From NCBI RefSeq assembly GCF_009914755.1, contig NC_060936.1: 64,000 nt of DNA; one strand, given 5' to 3'. A program made the position numbers and the translations under genes. Within the stretch, counting starts at the first letter, position 1, and each line of letters starts with the position of its first letter. This DNA is from the human T2T-CHM13v2.0 reference genome, Homo sapiens. The notes beneath the pieces are model-generated. The model was not told the origin of the DNA. It ran no database searches and saw nothing but the letters and a program-made list of their open reading frames with translations. Below, one piece after another: positions 47,886 to 63,114 of the stretch.

Positions 47886-49544
47886 TCTAATATTCAACCC
47901 CTGTCGGAAGTTCCCAGGATAATGAAAGTAACCTTATTGTAGAGCTACATCTGCCCTTTTCTGGTCTTTGGGCACTTTGTTCCCACGACTGAAGAGGAAA
48001 AAGTGAGCCTCTGCCTCGCTCTCTAGTCCTGCAGCCAATAGCCAGACTCTTCTGAGCCCAGCCAGACCCATCTCCGTTATGCCTAGAGCAGAGTTGGGGG
48101 CTTCTGTGGCTCAGGGGTGTGGACTCACATTCGCCTCTGCACCCCTACCTCAGAAGCATTTGGTGCCTGCACCCTGTCACCCCCTCCTGCCTTTTCTCCT
48201 GCTCTCAGGTTCATTGTAAAAACCACCCGTGACTTGTTAAGCTACAGATTCCTGGGCTATGCTGCCACAGATGCTGTTTCAGTCAGTCTAGGGCTTGGCT
48301 GAGGAGGATATGAAGTTTTCCACTGCAGATGACTGTGACATAGGACAATGATGGGATGATGTTCAGACCGTGTTTTCAGAAACTCTGCCCCGGATTCACA
48401 AGGCTTTTCTGGTGTTCAAGGGACATTTCTTTGTTGTGAGTTGTTCTTGATAAGTGAGAGTGAGCATGCATGAGAATGTGTGTGAGCACGTGTATGTGTA
48501 AGCATGGGGTGGAAGTGAATATGAGTGTGACTGAGCATGTGTGTGCATGTATGAACATATGACTATAGTGTATGGGGAGGAGGTGGGACAGGGCAGCAGT
48601 CCTGGGGTAGGACACAGGGTTGGGTGTCATTGGCAGGAAGACACAAGCCCAGGATGGGGTGTAGGTGCCTGGCGAGGACGAGAAGGGCTGGGGGGATTGC
48701 ACCAAATGACAAGGGAACTGAGAAGGGAGTCGGTGAGCTATAGGACAATGTGTTCCCCACAACTGTGGCCAGCAGCTCCAAGCAGCTGCTCCGCCTTCCT
48801 TCCCTAAAAACACAAGCGCCTGTGGTCAGTCTGAGTCCAGGAGCCTCATGTTATGAAAAGGTATCCTGTGCAGGGTAATGGAAAAAAAGGGCAAAGAAAG
48901 ACAGATGGACCTGGGAAAGGATCTGGGCCGCGCTGGAGCTTGGCAGGCAGCTTGGCCCTCCCATGGCATATGGCCATGCGGGCAAACTGCATTAGCTTTG
49001 GTGCTGGATGGGCCCAGCGGTGGGGGATTTTGCCCTTATTTTTCTACTGCCCCTGTTTAAGGTGGACTCCTGGTGCTTGAGGTGCACCTGTGTTGCGGCG
49101 TGCTTTAAAAAATTATCCGCTCCCGTTTGGAAAGTGAAAGACATAATAATAGTAATAATAACAACTGTTAGTGTTTATGGAGGAGAGTCCACCATTCCAG
49201 ACATCATGCTAAGTGCTTTTGGGGCATTCGCTCATTTAAATTTCAACCTGGGTGATCACAGACATCTTCTGGAATACTGATCCTGAAACCAATTTTAAAG
49301 CAAAGTATAGACATCCCCACTTAAAATATAAAACTTTTAAACAGAAATATAACATAGAGAAAAATGCACGAACCGTAAGTGTGCCCCTCAATGAGTTATC
49401 ACAGGGGAGCACACCTGTGTGACCAGGTGAGCCTGCTCAGCTCCCTGGAAGCCACCCTGGGATCCTGCACAACCTCTAACCCCCTCCTCCTTCCCAAAGG
49501 TAATTGCTGACTTGGTACATCATGGGTTAGATTTGCCTGTTTAT

Positions 49545-49842
49545 GGCCGGGCACAGTGGCTCAGGCCTGTAATCCCAGCACTTTGGGAGGCTGAGACAAG
49601 TAGATCACTTGAGGTCAGGAGTTCGAGACCAGCCTGGCCAACATGGTGAAATCCCATCTCTACTAAAAATACAAAAATTAACCAGGCATGGTGGCGCATG
49701 CCTGTAATCCCAGCTACTTGGGAGGTTGGGCAGGAGAATTGCTTGAACCTGGGAGGGAGAGGTTGCAGTGAGCCAAGATCAGGTCACTGCACTCCAGCCT
49801 GGGCAACAGAGCAAGACTCTATCTAAAAAAAAAAAAAAAAAA
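49545..49842 (+). mobile_element. AluS
   Basis: Alu consensus; TSD agatttgcctg(t/c)ttat. Confidence 0.94.
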
Positions 49843-50013
49843 AGATTTGCCTGCTTATAAACTTCACATGCTTGAACCATAGCCTGTGTAATTTTTTGTG
49901 GCTGCTTCTTTCCTCCACATGGTGCTTGTGAGATTCATTCTTGTGGTTGCCTGTGACAGTTTTTCCTTCATTTTCTTTCCTGTATAGTATTCCATTGTGT
50001 GACTATACCACCC

Positions 50014-50307
50014 TTTTTTTTTTTTTGGAGACAGGGTCTCACTGTGTTGCCCAGGGTCACTGCAGCCTTCGCCTCCCAGGTTCTATCAATCCTCCCACAT
50101 CAGCCTCCTGAGTGGCTGGGACTACAGGCATGCACCACCACACCTGGCTAATTTTTTTTTTCTTTCTTTCTTTCTTTTTTTTTTTTTTTTAGAGATGTGA
50201 TTTCTCCATGTAACCCAGGCTGGTCTCAAACTCCTGTGCTCAAGTAATCTACCTGCCTCGGCCTCACAAAGTGCTGGGATTACAGGCTTGAGCCACTGTG
50301 CCTGGAC
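50014..50307 (-). mobile_element. AluJ with expanded T-rich linker
   Basis: gagacagggtctcact; cactgcagcct; aatcctcccac. Confidence 0.9.
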
Positions 50308-51299
50308 TGCACCACATTTTATTTATCCATTCTGGAGTTGACAGAGGATTTTTTTTTTTCCTCCTGGTTTGGGTAGCTCCACTTTTTACCATTTTACTAT
50401 TATTTTATGTCTGTGTGCAGCTCACAGTCAAAAGTGCTGGATTCATGTCCTGGATACTCTACTTACCAGCTCTGTGAACCTTGGGAAAACTAGCCTTTCT
50501 GAGTCTCATTTGTCTCTGCAAACAATAATGCCTAATTTCCCTTGGTTTCCTATTCAATCAGCAAGCGTTTATTGGTCACCTGCTATGTGCCATCATTCTA
50601 GGAGATTTAGCAGTGACCGACACAAAGATCCCTGCTCCACACGTTTGTACCTTTGTCCCTTCAGTTCCCTTTCTTTGGGAAGCTCTTTCTTCCCAGATCC
50701 ATCCTTCTTCTTCCTTACTCCCACCCACATTTTTGCTTCTTTATTTTCTGCTCATCCTTCTAGACTGAAGTCTGACATCCTTTCCTTTCCTCTAGGAAGC
50801 CTTACATGGCCCCTGGCAGAGCACTGGCCACTGTTTACTGAAATGTTGGGGGCTTGGTCTGCACACCTGTCTCCCCCGTGATCTGTGAGCTTCCTCAGGG
50901 CAAGGGCTGATTTCCTGCACCTTTGGCATCTGCAGTGCCTATCCCAGGGTTAAGCTCAGGGTAAAGTCTTAGTACAAGTTAAGAACTTTTGTTTTAGCCA
51001 AATAAGCCAGTGTGATGGCCACTCAGGTCATACCTGCTGAGTTAGCACATCAAGACGGTAGTCCTGCCCCTGAAACCAGAACTTATTCCAGGTGGTTTTC
51101 AGGGGGTTCAGCCACATTACGGGGGTGATTAGGTATAAGGAGCCCTGGAGTTCTTCGGGCCAAAAAACTTGCTCTCTCCAAGCCTCTATTTTGTCAGTTA
51201 AATGGCTACCTTTTCAAGGTTATCTGGGAGACTTAGAGAAAGTATACTCGAAGTGCCTGGCGTCTAAGAATAACGATTTCATTGACTGAAAGCTTATTA

Positions 51300-51510
51300 T
51301 ATATTCAGCTTAAAAGGCACTTTACATATTTTAACTAATTTAATCAACACAACAGCCTGTGATGAAGGAGCTGTCACTATTTGTGTCAACTTACAAATGT
51401 GGAAACTGAGGCACTGAGTGTTTAAGGGACTTGCCTAATGCTACACTGACACAGCCAGTAAGTGGTAGAACTAGGAAGGAGACTGGTCTTGACTGCTACA
51501 GCCCACCTTG
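51300..51510 (-). mobile_element. MIR
   Basis: ttacaaatgtggaaactgaggcac..acacagccagtaagtggtaga. Confidence 0.75.
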
Positions 51511-51837
51511 CCCAGGAGCTGCAGCCGCCACCCAGAGACCCAGCTCAGAAACTTCCAGACAGCATGGTAGCACAAAAGGCTGCAAAAACCTTCCTGATCT
51601 TTCTCTTCCCCTTTCCTTTAGGGCCAGTTCAGGCAGTGAAGTCGGAGCTTCCTTTGAAGTCTTCTCCCTCCTCTCCTGATGAGGCCTCAGGGAAAATGAG
51701 TCCTTTCCTTATCTCAGCAGCAAAGAAATTGTCCAAAGACAGCAGTAGCATCTCCGTGGGAAGCTCAGGAATACTAATGATAAAACAAATTGATAAATTC
51801 AATTTCAAATGTGTTGATGAGAAAAACTAATTGATAA

Positions 51838-51958
51838 GCTCATTCATTTATTTAACAAGTATTTATGGAGTACCAACTCTATGCCAGTGTGGAGAATTAA
51901 CTCTAAACAAAACAGCTGAGGTCCCTGGCCTGATGAAGCTTATGTTCTTGAGTTGGGA
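51838..51958 (-). mobile_element. L2 3' end interrupted by MER50
   Basis: tcattcatttatttaacaagtattt..gtccctggcc..atgaagcttatgttct..ggga. Confidence 0.75.
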
Positions 51959-52980
<1,022 letters not shown>

Positions 52981-53329
52981 GTATAAATATCTTTTTGACA
53001 CTTTCATTTACAGGAAAGAAAATGCAAGAATGCTTGGAAAAAAAAAGACCCAAATACCAAAATTTGGACAAACTAAACAAGTAAAAGAAGAAGTGGCAGA
53101 AAGAAAACTTAGACTTCTTGAAATAATTAATGAAAGGATGTTTTGAAATAGCAAGTTTGTCCAGTATAGGTATAATGAAATTTGATTTACCAAAATTCCA
53201 TTTTTTTCCAAGAATTTGTGGTATAACATGAAGCTTACCTTTCACAGCCAAGGCAAGGTCATCCCCCCCTTGGAGGACATGGTGCTGCTGATGACTCTTG
53301 AGACATCTCAACCTACAGTGGCTTCAAAA

Positions 53330-54500
53330 CTTATGCCTTCAGCTCTGCCTCCTCCCCACTCCCAAGCTTCAAACTCAAATATTCAGCTGCCTGCCTGTCT
53401 ATAGATCCTCTTGGATGTATAATAGCATCTCAGCTCCAGCATAACCAAAAGATAACTCTTGATTTTCACCCAAATCTTGTTTTTGGTTTTTTTCCCCTTA
53501 GTCTTTACCACTTCCTTAAATGGCAACACCTATTCAATTGCTCAAGCCAAAAACTTAGGTGGCACCCATATTCTTTATTGTGGCTATCAATAGCAAAGGC
53601 AGCTATTGTTTAATTGAGGGTAACAGAGACCCAAAATAACTGTGACTTAAAAAAATAGAAATCTACTTTGCTTATTTCTTCCTCTGGTAGAGAGGGAGGT
53701 AGGTAGTCCAGACTTCCTAGTGTATCTAAACTCCATGAACTCCTCGGGGATGCAGGCACCTTTCAGGTCATTGTTCCACCATCCCTGGATGTGATCTACC
53801 TCTTCATGACACAATACGACAGCAAAAGCACCAGTCATTGCATCATGGGTCCAAGTGGCAGGACCCCTGTAGGAAGGAGGCATGGAAAAGAAGGGGCAGA
53901 GAGCATATACTAGCTATCTTTTAAGCAAGGTAATTTTGCTAAGACTTCACTGGCAGAACTTAGTCACATGACTACATCACCTAACTATAAGAGAGGCTGG
54001 GAGATGTAGTTTTTATTGTAGGAAGTCATGTGCTTAGCTAAAACTTGGAAGTTTTATTGCTATGAAAGAATAGACCAGATATTGGGGTTAGTAGGAATGG
54101 CCAAAAGTTCCTGCCGTATCTGGGTTGTAAACTCTAGGCTACTGGGCCCCTGCCTGCTATTTGACCCCACCTCCTCGACCATGTTCAACACAATGTAGCC
54201 ATTCTGGCCTCTTCTAATGTCCTTTGAATACACCAGGCTTATCCCTGCCTTAGAGCCTTTGTGCTGCCACTCTCTGCCCCTGAGATGCACCCTCCAGATT
54301 TGCACATGGCTGACTTCTCATTATTCCAGTTTTGGCCCAAATGTCAGATCCTTACTGGGCCTTCCCTTGACCACCCTTTCTAAGGCAGTGTTTCTGCACC
54401 AGCCAGCTTCGATCACATAACCCCATTTCATTTTCCTCAAAGTACTCCAGAGTAACTCTCTGAAAACATCTTCCACTTTGTGTGTGTGTATGTGTCTCCC
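53330..54500 (+). mobile_element. L2 body (split by an ancient MLT1 at ~53580-54115)
   Basis: cttggatgt.taatagcatctca, gctcaagccaaaaact; ctggcctctt..ctgccttagagcctttg..ccctgaccaccct. Confidence 0.72.
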
Positions 54501-55225
54501 TGTTCCAGTGAGTAGCTAGTCAGACATGAGCAGGGCAGGAGAGGCCCCGCTCCAACCCAAGCAGGAATGTCAGGTGGCCATCAGGTGATGGTCAGGTGGT
54601 TAACTGTCTCTCTAAAATAATAATTGGTTGCAGCCAGCCCCAGAAAAAGGCAGTCTCCCTATAGAAAAGAAAAACCTGAAACTGATTATCAGTAGCTACC
54701 CGATAAGATCTCAGGAGTTGGGAGACTGGGCTCACACATGAGCACTAAGGGGGAAAATGGCGGAGTTTAACTGGCACATGACCTCCTAGGGACATTGGAC
54801 TGGTAAAGGAGTAACACTGTAAGTGAGCATGGGTACAACTCTAGTAAACACACTGCGCACGCTCCCCTCTCAAGCGCCAGCAGCCCACCCCGAGGGAAGA
54901 ATCGGGAGAAGGAACGCAAGACCCTGGAAGTATGCCAACATATAAAACCCCAAGTCAAAGGTCAAACCGTGCACTTGCCTTTCACGTTGCCCGCTTGGCC
55001 CTCTTCCAAATGTATTTTCCTGCCTTTTGTTTCTGCGGTAAAGCTTTTTAATCAACTTTCATTCCTGCTCTACAGCTTGCCCCAGTCTCTCCTTCTGCCT
55101 TCTGCCCCTTAGTCGAATTCTTTCTTCTGAGGAGGCAAAAATTGAGGTTGCTGCAGACCCCTACAAATTTGCTGCCGATAACATATTTTGGTACCATGTG
55201 AGTTGGATAATTTTCACCACTAACA
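54501..55225 (+). mobile_element. MER50 ERV1 solo LTR
   Basis: TGTTCCAGTGAGTAGCTAGTCAGACATGAGCAGGGCAGG start; TATAAAA box near 54941; ends CTAACA. Confidence 0.88.
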
Positions 55226-56087
55226 ATACGATCTAAGAAACATGAAACTGCAGCATCAAAAAAGAGCTTTCTGATCCTGACACCTGCCTGGAGTGAACTC
55301 CATCTGAAAAATCCTGGTCTATTAGCCCTGGCAGGTGCTTCTCAGATCTACTAGGCCAGTGTTTCACAGGCATCAATTTATGGAATGGCCCCTGGATTTC
55401 AGGGAATATTTTCTCACTGGTTAAACTTTTAGTGCTGAAGTTATTTACATTTGACCCACCTAGACACAAATGGACAAACACCTTATTCTCCATGGTCAAG
55501 CCAAAACTGGGAATTTTTTTTACGGATCTATATATAAATATAATTTCTTTATGAGGATTTGTGGATTGTATTAAGGATAATGAATAAAAAAGAAAGCTTA
55601 ATAAAAAGTTCCTAAGTCTACTGAGGAATGTAATGTGTGCTTAGGATGTTATTTGTCTGTGCTGAGACATACACTCACACATAACTATGCAATTTTCATG
55701 TGCAATGGTCAACAATTTAGGTATTTTATAATTCCCACTCTCATCTGACAGATAAGAAAACAGGCCACCAAACGTGTGTGTGTGTGTGTATGAGATGTGT
55801 ATATATGAGATGTATATATATGAGATTATATATATGAGACGTATATATGTATATATAAGATGCATGTGTATACATATATGTTAAATGTATATGTTAAAAT
55901 ATCTAAAAAACACACACTGGCCCTATCTCTTCCATATATATGCAGTCATCCACACCAACCCTAGGCTGTGAGGCTTCTCTCTCCAGAGAGAGGAAGGCTC
56001 CATCTAGAGCAAAAAGGTCATTCATCAGATTTGGGTATTGAAGTAGCATGAAAAGCCAGAATTTACCAAGAGAGAAAAGGATTTCTC

Positions 56088-56093
<6 letters not shown>

Positions 56094-56152
<59 letters not shown>
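56094..56152. repeat. (TA)n microsatellite
   Basis: ~29 AT units with one G interruption. Confidence 0.97.
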
Positions 56153-56197
56153 AATGGAAGAGATAGGGTCAGTGTTCAGAGGAGATGGATCTGAGCA

Positions 56198-56345
56198 TGG
56201 ACTTGGTGCTGGAGAGTCCCAGGAACTGGCCTGATGAGGGGGAGACCAATTCTTTCGTGAACAGATTGCCCTGGACTTGGTGCTGGAGAGTCCCAGGAAC
56301 TGGCCTGATGAGGGGGAGACCAATTCTTTCGTGAACAGATTGCCC
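56198..56345. repeat. Perfect 74-bp tandem duplication
   Basis: Units 56198-56271 and 56272-56345 are identical. Confidence 0.97.
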
Positions 56346-56663
56346 TGTCACCTGCTGAGTGGGGAGGGTAGAGGTGGACACATGGGAATAGTGAGAAAGT
56401 GACATTTTACAATAACAATGACACAGGGCTTGAGTGTTTGTTCACATTACACCTAGAAGTATCCAAAAATGTAGTGAATGGTAAGAAGGAGAGAAATCAA
56501 CATTTAGTCCAATAAGTAATATACACAACCTCTGGAAGGGACGTGCCTGTCAGCTGCACACTCAGTGGTTCAGATTCCATGCCACTCCTGCTTCTCTGCA
56601 AGAGTCAGCTGGGTGTATAGAAGAGAACTCAAGGGACATCTTGGAGGCAGGGGAAGAAAGGCC

Positions 56664-57189
56664 TGAGTCGGGGATCCCCACAACCACCCTCAGCTCCAAA
56701 GACTTGCTAGGAGGACTCATGGGACTCAGCATATAGTCACAGTCATGGCTATGATTTATTATAGTGAACAGGTGCAAAATAAAATGAGTGAAAGAAGGAG
56801 ACACATGGGGCAAAGCTGGAGGAGACAAGATGCAAAATTCCAAGAAGTCACACAGGGTATACTTAGTTTATTTAGAAAGAATTGTGACAACCTATGTGGA
56901 ATGCTGTCTACCAGGGAAGTGCCACTAAGCCTAGGAGTCAGTCCAAGGATTTTACTGAGGGTCAGTCACATAAGCATCTGTGGCCTAGGATGTACCAAAA
57001 GTCCGGGCTTCCAGAAGGAAGGCAGGTGTTCAGCATAAACCACATTTTTGTACAAAGAGTTCAGGCGCAGCGAACTGCTCCTGTCCTTTCTGGGAGTGCT
57101 GGGAACCCACCCCAAATCCAATGTAGATGCCAGCCAAGGGCCAACCTTGCAAGCAGTCTCAAACTGACTATGTTAACTCTTTTCTGCCA
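56664..57189 (-). mobile_element. MER21-type LTR
   Basis: ggaggactca.gggactcagcatatagtc; gccagccaagggccaaccttgcaagcag; ctatgttaactcttttctgc. Confidence 0.8.
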
Positions 57190-57758
57190 GAGGCCTCAGA
57201 GCCACATGTATCTCCCTCATCCCTGGACTGGAGGCCATTGAGTCACAGTAGGTTCTAGGTCCTGCTGGAGACCATTTGCTCTCTGAAGCCCTGTACATCC
57301 TGGGCAGGCCATGGAAAGCCAGGAGGGTTGTGGCAGGCCATCTAGCCAGACAGGCACTTCCCTCCACCAATGCTGCCACCCTGGGCTGGATGTGACCACA
57401 TGGGGACTTCTTTGCCATGCTCTCCCCTCCACTGGTACACATGGGGAAGTCTAGCATGACCTCCTCACTGTCTAGTAACCTAAGTGCCCCTTGGGTCCTA
57501 TTATCCATCTGTGTTTGTCCCAAAGTGGCGGATGGGAAGAGGGAACAAGAACGCTGGCATTTGAACTGCTCACTCTGCCTCTTTGTCTTTTCTCCTGCCC
57601 ATAGAACACTGAGGTGGGAATACATGGCTTCCCATGTCTCTAAAACCACATCATATCTGCAGTAAAACTGGCACCTGGGCAGCCAGTTTTAGCTGTTGTT
57701 AATGTGTTAACACATTATATGACCTAATGGCCACATAACAGGACCTTGGAGAGTATAG

Positions 57759-58144
<386 letters not shown>

Positions 58145-58547
58145 TGACCTTTTTGCTCTAGATGGAGCCTTCCTTACTCTGGAGAAAGAAGCCTCATAGA
58201 TTAGGGTTGGTGTGAATGACTGCAAAGGTGAGTGAAATTTCATATCCCCCAGTTTCATTCCATGATTTTCATTCTAGAAATGATAGTTTGCATTTGTAAA
58301 CGTGTTTTCATGACCTTTTGGTCATGATAACTCAGAGATTGAGGTAGACATGTCCATTATACAGACAAAACTACTGAGTCAAAGAGGGCTAGTTAATGGT
58401 GGAGTTTAGACTTGAATTTATATCTTCACACTTGACTCTACTAAACTTCTTGCTACATATTATTTGTTGCTAGCATTAGATCTTTATTGTCTCTTATAAT
58501 CTATGGGCAGGTGCAGATTCTGTAAGGAATATCTGTTCTTTCCCATC

Positions 58548-58744
58548 CACAAAAATGGCCTCCCAAATATATTCCTGTCCTAATCCATGGAACCTGTGAT
58601 TATGTTACCTTGAATGGCAGAAGAGACTTTGCAGATGTGACCCAATTAAGGATTTTGAAATGGAAAGATTATCCTGGATTATCTGGGTAGACCTGATGTA
58701 ATTACAAGCATTCTTGTAAGAGGGAAGCAGGAGGTGGGGTGGAG

Positions 58745-58778
<34 letters not shown>

Positions 58779-59170
58779 GAGAGGAAGAGAGGAAGTGAGG
58801 AGGAGAGGAGGAGAAGAGAAGAGGACAAGAGAAGAAGAGAAGAGAGGAAGAGAGAGAGGGGAAGAGAGAGGGGAAGAGAGAGGGGAAGAGAGAGAGGAAG
58901 AGAGAGGCTATACAGTGGCTTTGAAGATGGAGGATGGGGCCATGAGGCAAGCGATGCAAGTGACAGACCTCCAGAAGCTATAAAAAGACTAGGAAACAGA
59001 CCTTTTCCCCACAGCCTCTGGAGGAGAGGCAGCCTTGCTGACACCTTGATTTTGGCCCACTGAGACTGGTTTTGTACTTTGGAACTCCAGAACTGTAAAA
59101 TGACACATTTGTGTTGTTTGAAGTCACTAAGTTTGTGGTAATTTGTTACAGCAGCAATAGCAAACTAACA
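58548..59170 (+). mobile_element. MLT1D LTR with internal GA-rich expansion (58742-58906)
   Basis: gactttgcagatgtga, gattatcctggattatctggg, ggctttgaagatgga, ttgttacagcagcaatag. Confidence 0.87.
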
Positions 59171-59214
59171 CATGCAGTGTCCTCTCTTATTAACTACAAT
59201 AGAATTCATCTCGG

Positions 59215-59693
59215 CCTCTCCAGGTAGTTGCCTCTTGGAGAAACTACCTGGCCCCATTCTTGGTCTGGTGATGTGAGTGGGGCTGACCCCACTACTGGCT
59301 CCAGGGCAGAACATAGCCTCCAGGCCTGGGCAACAAGCATGCTACATTCTCTGGTCACGGTGGCTGGTCAGGGTCGTGAGCAAGACCCTTCAGAAGGCAG
59401 CTCTAGACTCTTGCTGGAGCTGTTAGGAAGGGGGTATGTCCTTTCTACAGTGGATACTGAGCTGGAGAGAAGTCTGGAACAGGCGGGCAGCCACTTGAGA
59501 ATGAAGACAACACAAAAGAAAGCTGAGCCAAGGACTGGAAAGAGAGGCATTCTCCTTAAGACACAGCTAGAAACCTGAATCAGGTCATGTCTAAAGACAG
59601 CTTAAAGATCCCAATGACAGGAGCCAACCAAGTCTCTTTTTGTTTAAGCTAGTTGGAGTTGAAGTTCTGAACCCAGATGTTTCTGACTAATAG
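59215..59693 (+). mobile_element. Ancient MLT1 (K-like) LTR
   Basis: gtggggctgacccca, ggcagccac, gtttaagctagttggagtt, ctgactaata. Confidence 0.55.
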
Positions 59694-60741
59694 TGTTATG
59701 TGGTTAGGAGTCACCTAAATTGGATTATCTGATTATTGATTTTGTGGAAGTTCAACACTATGGAGCACCATCCAGTACCACCCAAGAGAAGGCATGTTAG
59801 TACCCAAATGCCATTGATCTTACAATTAAAACCGGGGAGAAAATTTGAGTCCCTTTCCCCCAGAGGATGTTCCTGCTGAGAGTTACTACTTCAGTTCTTT
59901 TCACTTAACAAATCCTAACCCTTGTACATCAGTATACTGCTTCCTCACGCTTCATCTCATGCAGCTATGGAGACCCAGGGAAAGGGAGTGACTGGCTGCA
60001 GGACACATGTCGGCTGGTGGCCAGGCTGGGATAAGAACTCTGACCCTAAGCGCTGTGTGCTCTCTGAAGCATGCTGCTTCGAGCTTTCTTGGGAGCGTAG
60101 TCACTCCTGTTTCTATGGCTCTGAAAATTCACACCCTGCTGTGTGCAATTAGTTCTTGTTGCTCTCCCCTTGCTGATCAGCATTCTCAATTTCATTTTCA
60201 GAGCCTAGCTTTATCATTATCATGAAGAGATTATCTAACATATTGAATATTAAAAATCTGACACCACAGAGTAAGATTTGCATTCCAAGGTTATTGCTAT
60301 TTACCAGAACTCATCACTTGACCTGCTGTTTTTTGAGAAACATCACTCCGAAGGGCAAGAGACAGCTCCCCAGAGCCTCCTTATGGAGATCACATTTTAA
60401 AGACTCTTCATTTGAGTTCCTAATATTGATGGCATTGATCTGTCACTTCTCCATGAACCAAGCTCAACTGACAATTCTAGAATCAACCAGAATAGGAAGG
60501 GATGTTAAAAGTTACTTGGTTCGATCCTTGCATTTTCCAGGTGGAAAAGTGAGACTTGGAAAGTCAAGTATGTATCAGTCAGAGTTCTTGCTTAGAGGCA
60601 AGTACTCTGCTAACTTAAGAACATGAATGTTTTAAAGGTAGCTTACAGAAATTCCAGGAGGGTCAGAGAAGCAGGTATGTGCCTATGCAACTGGAAACAA
60701 GAACTGCAGGGGCTGCCCCAGTAAATATATCACTATCACTG

Positions 60742-61161
60742 TCTACAGTCAGTTGAATGGTGGCCACCAAAAAGATATGTCTACATCCTGACCTGTACAT
60801 GTGACCTTACTTGGGAAAAGCATCTTTGCAGATGTAATTAATGTAAAGAGATGGTTCTGGATTATCTTAGTGGGCCCTAAATCAAATAACAAATAATAAG
60901 CCTTTATAAGATACAGAAAAGGAGACAGCACAGACACATAGAAGGCCATGTGAAGACCGAGGCAGAGACTGGAGTGATATGGGGACAAGCCAGGGAACAC
61001 TGGTTGCCGCCAGAAGCTGGAAGAGGCAAAGAAAGACTCTCCCCTAGAAAGTTCAGAGGGAGTACACAGCCCTGCCAACATCTCAATTTCAGACTTCTGG
61101 CCACCAGAGCCATGAGAGATTACATTTCGATTGTTGGCGTTTTATAGCAGCAGCCTGAACA
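60742..61161 (+). mobile_element. MLT1C-like LTR
   Basis: gttgaatggtggcc..aaaagatatgtc; ggccatgtgaagac.gaggcagagactggagtgat. Confidence 0.85.
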
Positions 61162-61195
61162 GATTGATTCAGTGACTTTGGGTAAATCACTTTGT

Positions 61196-61718
<523 letters not shown>

Positions 61719-62324
61719 CTCCCACAGCTAGTTAGAGGCACGTTGAGATTTGAGCCTAGGCCTCCTGACTGCGAACCCACCTCTGAGTTCAACCCCCATA
61801 AGATTTGGGCAGGCTGGGTCACAAATGCATTTAGAAAAACAAAGGTATTTAGAAAATAGAATGACACTTACGATGACTGGTCTTTGGGATCCATTTTAGC
61901 TTACTGCCTAGTAGCAAGGGGCCACAAAAGGGAAAATATCAATCTCCTTAGACATTGGTGGCCCAGCTATAGGTTCTGCCTCTCTGCCCATACCTTGTGA
62001 TCTGTATCTTCAGGGCTCTTAGCTGCAAGCAACGGAGAGCATGATTTAGGCAAAAAAGGAATTTATTGAAAGTGTTGTGGGTAACACAGAGAAACGCTAA
62101 AAAGGCTGGGAAATGGCTTGAAAATCAGCAGGAAGGAAGGGAGGTCAGCAATAGCCAAGATCACAGCACACGGTTGGTCCACTGAGGCCACCACGGCCAC
62201 AGCCATTGGATTTGCTGTGGCCATCCCAAAAGTGGGTTCTCTACCAGCTCTGCTTCTTTGCACCACCAGCTCCTGTCCCAGCCCATGGTGTAGGTGCCTC
62301 TGAGTGCTCTGACTTAGGTTTGTG

Positions 62325-62455
62325 TAGTCTTCACAACATCCTGAAAATATGTATCATGATTCCCATTTTACAGATGAGGAACCTGAGGCTTAAATATGCC
62401 AGGTGACTGGCCACAGGCAAATTCAGGCCTGTCTGACTCCAAAGCCCACTCTCCC
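62325..62455 (-). mobile_element. MIR
   Basis: cccattttacagatgaggaacctgaggct..gtctgactccaaagccca. Confidence 0.8.
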
Positions 62456-62691
62456 CGTAATCACAGTGTGGTAACTCCATCCCATGGCTGGGATAAAAGA
62501 ATTCCAAAGTATACTTCAAAGAGGTTGTTCCAGTTGCTTCTACCAGCAACACCTGGGTGGCTCCTTTGCATTCCACCCTTTCCAGCCTCAAGGGAATTGT
62601 ATTGTCTAACACACATCTTTGCTAATTTGATAAACTAAAATGGTGTCTTATTGTTTTGGTTTGCCTCTTTTTAATTATTGAGGTTGGATGC

Positions 62692-63035
62692 TGTATTAGT
62701 CTGTTTTCATACTGCTGATAAAGACATACCCAAGACTGGGAAGAAAAAGAGGCTTTATTGGACTTACAATTGCACATGGCTGGGGAGGCCTCAGAATCAT
62801 GACAGGAGGTGCAAGGCACTCCTTACATGGCAGCAGCAAGAGAAAAATGAGGAAGAAGCAAAAGCGGAAACCCCTGATGAGATGTCATCAGATCTCGTGG
62901 GACTTATTCACTACCGCAAAAATAATATGGGGGAAACCGCCTCCATGATTCAAATTATCTCCCACAACATGTGGGAATTATGGGAGTACAATTCAGGATG
63001 AGATTTGGGTGGGGACACAGAACCAAGCCAGATTA
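62692..63035 (-). mobile_element. THE1B/C solo LTR
   Basis: tgtattagtctgttttcatactgctgataaagacatacc; perfect 5-bp TSD GATGC. Confidence 0.92.
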
Positions 63036-63068
63036 GATGCTTCCTTATATTTTACTATCTGGTATATT

Positions 63069-63070
<2 letters not shown>

Positions 63071-63111
<41 letters not shown>
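63071..63111. repeat. (GT)20 microsatellite
   Basis: Pure GT run. Confidence 0.97.

Positions 63112-63114
<3 letters not shown>

Larger units (their letters stand above)
49320..50345 (-). mobile_element. Old L1ME relic carrying two Alus
   Basis: aaatataacata.agaaaaatgcac; gtgagattcatt; tagtattccattgtgtga.tatacca. Confidence 0.7.

Noticed and set aside
56198-56345. Tandem repeats as a CRISPR-like array
   Set aside because: Two adjacent copies with no spacers, in eukaryotic DNA.
58679-59063. Arg/Glu- and Ser/Leu-rich ORFs
   Set aside because: Translation of a GA-rich expansion within MLT1D.
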